Notes under the pieces: generated by a model
The model's database searches: none
Told to the model about the DNA's origin: nothing
The model's input: the letters and a program-made list of their open reading frames with translations, nothing else
Source of the DNA: Leptogorgia sarmentosa
Lineage: Eukaryota
Assembly (NCBI GenBank): GCA_964658305.1
Contig: OZ210884.1
Location: 4,340,001-4,404,000 of the forward strand
Direction of reading: 5' to 3'
Length of the DNA stretch: 64,000 nt
Translations under genes and position numbers: made by a program
Shown here: piece by piece, positions 60,975-64,000 of the stretch
Position numbering within the stretch: the first letter of the stretch is position 1
Layout: every line of letters begins with the position of its first letter

Positions 60975-63336
60975 ATGAAAATAAACTACGTCAGACATCG
61001 TCGATGTTATTTTATGCTTCTATTCGTGGTCGGTTATTTCATGAGTTCCTATTTCTTTTTAATGTCTTTGGTAGCATTTAATACAACTGAAAGTGTAATT
61101 CAACGTGCCAATGGCGCTACCGCTAAAGTTAACTTCAAAGAATCTGGTGTAATTGATACAACCAGTCAATGGAGAAAGCTTGGTCAGGCAACATACGTAT
61201 TTACTGCTTATTTGGATGATCGCAATCCAGATTACGTCCTATTAACAGTTTTGGGATTTGATAGCCATTCAGAGCCTCTTCTTAATGGTACGTTGTTACT
61301 GCACAGTGGTGAAAGACTTCCACTTGGCAAGTGCAAAACGAAAAGAACTTTACACAAAGTTGGATCTGTAAAACGTCTAAGGGCGTATGCATACAATTGG
61401 CCGTTACCCGCTCAAGTTAGCAATGTAACTCATTTGAAGTCGATTTATGTTGAACAGTTTCATCCAACAAAAGGTAATTCCATATAATTCTAATCGCAAA
61501 GATAGATTTACCAAAAACGTAATTGCATTATATAGGCCCGTTTGCACGAGCAATTTATTGTTCGACTATCTCAGTGGCCTCGCCAACTAGATAAGTGGGG
61601 GGACATATTCACATATTCATGTTTTGCGCAAATAAATCATTCTGAAATCCATTGCGTTTACGGTGAACTTAAACATATGAACATGTCCCCTCCCCCCTCC
61701 CGCACTTGTCAAGTCTGGCGACGCCACTGAATTTTCTCCTCTCGACGGACAAGAACAAATAAACCAGTGACAAACGTTCTGGTTAGGGGGCACGCTCACG
61801 CTCCATTCATCATTAATCCCCTCGTTCGCATATATAAAATAAGAAAATCGAAGCAAAAATCGCTCGGCCTTATAACGGCTGAGATTGTATAATTAAACAT
61901 ACAACCAAACATTTGACAATTAAGAAAGTTTCGTGGGAAAGACAACTTCTCCCCTCTCATCCAGACAAAAACCAACTTACAGTGTATGCACATTCTTCCC
62001 ATTTCAGGTAAAACAGAAACAGAAATCGAAATTAGACTTCCAGTACATTCAGCGAAAAAGTTTGGAGTTTGCATAGATTCGCCTTTATTCGGAAATCTAA
62101 AAACAAAGGCAATTATAGAAAACATCGAAATTAACAAAGTGCTTGGTGCAGAATGGTTTACATTTTACATCTACAAAGCTGATCAAACCGTGATAGAGGT
62201 AGTGTAAACTAAACTGTAAATTAAAGTAAATTAAACTGTAAACCAGTCTATCGACATTTTATGGCCCAACCAATATCGACGCTCGCGACTAGTTGTTTTT
62301 TATTATTTAAATTTATAAAGTTTAAAGCCTTCTGATTATTATCGAAATACCTACCTCCTCCACAAGCTCGAGCTTCTTCGACTTTCCTGCAAGTGTATTA
62401 ACTACCCGCGCATGTATTCCTAAATTTACGCCTGCACGCATTAGCTACTAATTTCTATTAAAAGCGCAGTGGACGAGGTAGTCGGAATACCAACGCCTTT
62501 GAGGGCGCATGCGCAAGTAACCGGTAGATATATATGAGCCTAAGTCCCGCTCTCTAATTCTCTGCAGTGTCAGATTAATATGAATCCAGCTTATCATATT
62601 TCTGAGAATGATTAATGAAATAGCATCTCACAAGCGTTGCCATATATTCCTTGTGTAGGTACTTCACGAATATGCGAGTGAAGGAACAGTTGAAGTCGTC
62701 GAAAATTGGGGAGATGGTTTGCCTAAAGATCATTCTATACCTCATTTTGGTCAGTCTTTGAGTATCTACGAATGTGCTTATAGGAATATGCACCGGGTAA
62801 AGTATTTAGTTTATACCGATTTAGACGAGTTCATTGTTCCCAGAAAATCAATAGGATGGTCAGATATGATGAAGCAAATAGAGAATGAAAAATATGGAAG
62901 TTATATGTTCAGAAATGCGTTCTTCTTTGAAAGAAACATTAACACTACAAAAGATACAGGGAAACATGAAAACAGTTTAGCAGTCAATGGAACATGTAAC
63001 GTTGAGATGCCGAAATTTTTAACACACTTATTTCGTTCTCCAAAAGTTTGGGACGCTGGTAGAAGGTCAAAATACATTATTAAACCGCTTTGCACGCAAT
63101 TAGCCAGTATCCTCGTACATCAGGTCAGACATAGTGGAAATTACGCCCGGTATGTTGTGCCACCAGATTATGCCTTGCTGAACCACTATAGAAAATTGCG
63201 TAGAAACGTGGTGATTTTTGGGGGAAATGTGAAAGATCTCCGTATCCTAGATGAGCACACTTTTGCTTATCAAGAGAAGATTGTTACAACATTGAATAAA
63301 CGTTTGTGTGGTCTAAAACCTGTCCTAGGCAAGTAA
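60975..63336 (+). CDS. Glycosyltransferase family 92, copy 2, 455 aa
   Basis: Exons 60975-61473, 62008-62198, 62659-63336, identical in length and phase to copy 1. Same DLDE and HYR motifs. Confidence 0.9.
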
Positions 63337-64000
63337 AACCGATCAAAAACACGAACAAAAAGTAGCCATATCAATTCGATAAACTCAGTGTAGGTACTTA
63401 ATTAACACTAGCGAGTTTAAGTTTGATGCTAGATACCAATACCGATGACTCATTCTCATCCTTAGTTCTACCACTAGTTTGAATTGTACAAATTATTAAC
63501 ATGTAATCCAATGCCAAGGTTGAAATGAAGAATTGGACAACTGATGATTGTCTTGAGAAGACAATGCTCTTTATTTTCTACTATAATACTATTACTGATA
63601 GCGAGCTTGTATAAATTCTATGTTTGGTATGCCGTACATGTGGGAAGTAACAGGGTTTGTCTGCCAAGTTGTTGCAGCAATAGGTGTATGTGTTTTAACT
63701 TTCAAATAATAACGGCAAATATGGAGCATATGATTACAAGGAATTCGTGGGAGACGTCGCCACATCAACTATTACCTCATCGAAATATCACACAGACATC
63801 CGAGCGATTAATACTTTCAGTCACGCTTGTGACGTCACTGCCGTTCATTAGTATGACGTAACGTGTGTAACTGACATTATTATATGGACAGCGGTATTTT
63901 ATTGGGAACTAAAACACTCGTAGAACTCATACGCCACTACATCCGGGATACGGTGCGCGTATTTTCCGTATGTCACGCTTAGGGGTGACATAACCTTCCC

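Larger units (their letters stand above)
46620..63720. repeat. Tandem segmental duplication carrying the GT92 genes (copy 1 ~46620-49125 + 54900-58055; copy 2 ~58355-63720)
   Basis: Colinear upstream, intronic and downstream sequence. Copy 1 has an extra ~5.8 kb (49125-54900) relative to copy 2 (junction ~60815-60825). Confidence 0.9.

Overview
AT-rich, intron-containing animal genomic DNA. An invertebrate origin, possibly cnidarian, is an inference from gene content and repeat style only. All host genes found lie on the + strand. In order: (1) a secreted 12-Cys macin/CS-alpha-beta-like peptide (515-757) plus a decayed paralog remnant; (2) a 2-coding-exon STEAP metalloreductase plus a pseudogenic fragment; (3) two intact 10-exon paralogs (11709-18917, 22235-32201) and one truncated copy (9064-10175) of an uncharacterised ~599-aa protein; (4) a cytoplasmic tyrosine kinase in which SHP2/PTPN11-type tandem SH2 domains are joined to an FGFR/RET-like kinase domain (33888-45239); (5) a decayed DD37E-type Tc1/mariner element flanked by a ~1.2-kb direct duplication; (6) two tandem GT92 glycosyltransferase genes; and many MITEs and minisatellites. 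The best candidate for an undescribed system is gene family (3). By eye it reads as Ig-fold (CSL/NDT80-like) DNA-binding domain, basic NLS, phage-tailspike peptidase-G2-like intramolecular chaperone domain, coiled coil, single TM helix and Cys/N-glycan luminal domain. That is a MYRF-like membrane-tethered transcription factor built from a different phage-type chaperone. Exon structures were derived by hand from GT(GC)-AG sites and reading-phase continuity. Domain calls are by motif recognition, not database searches.
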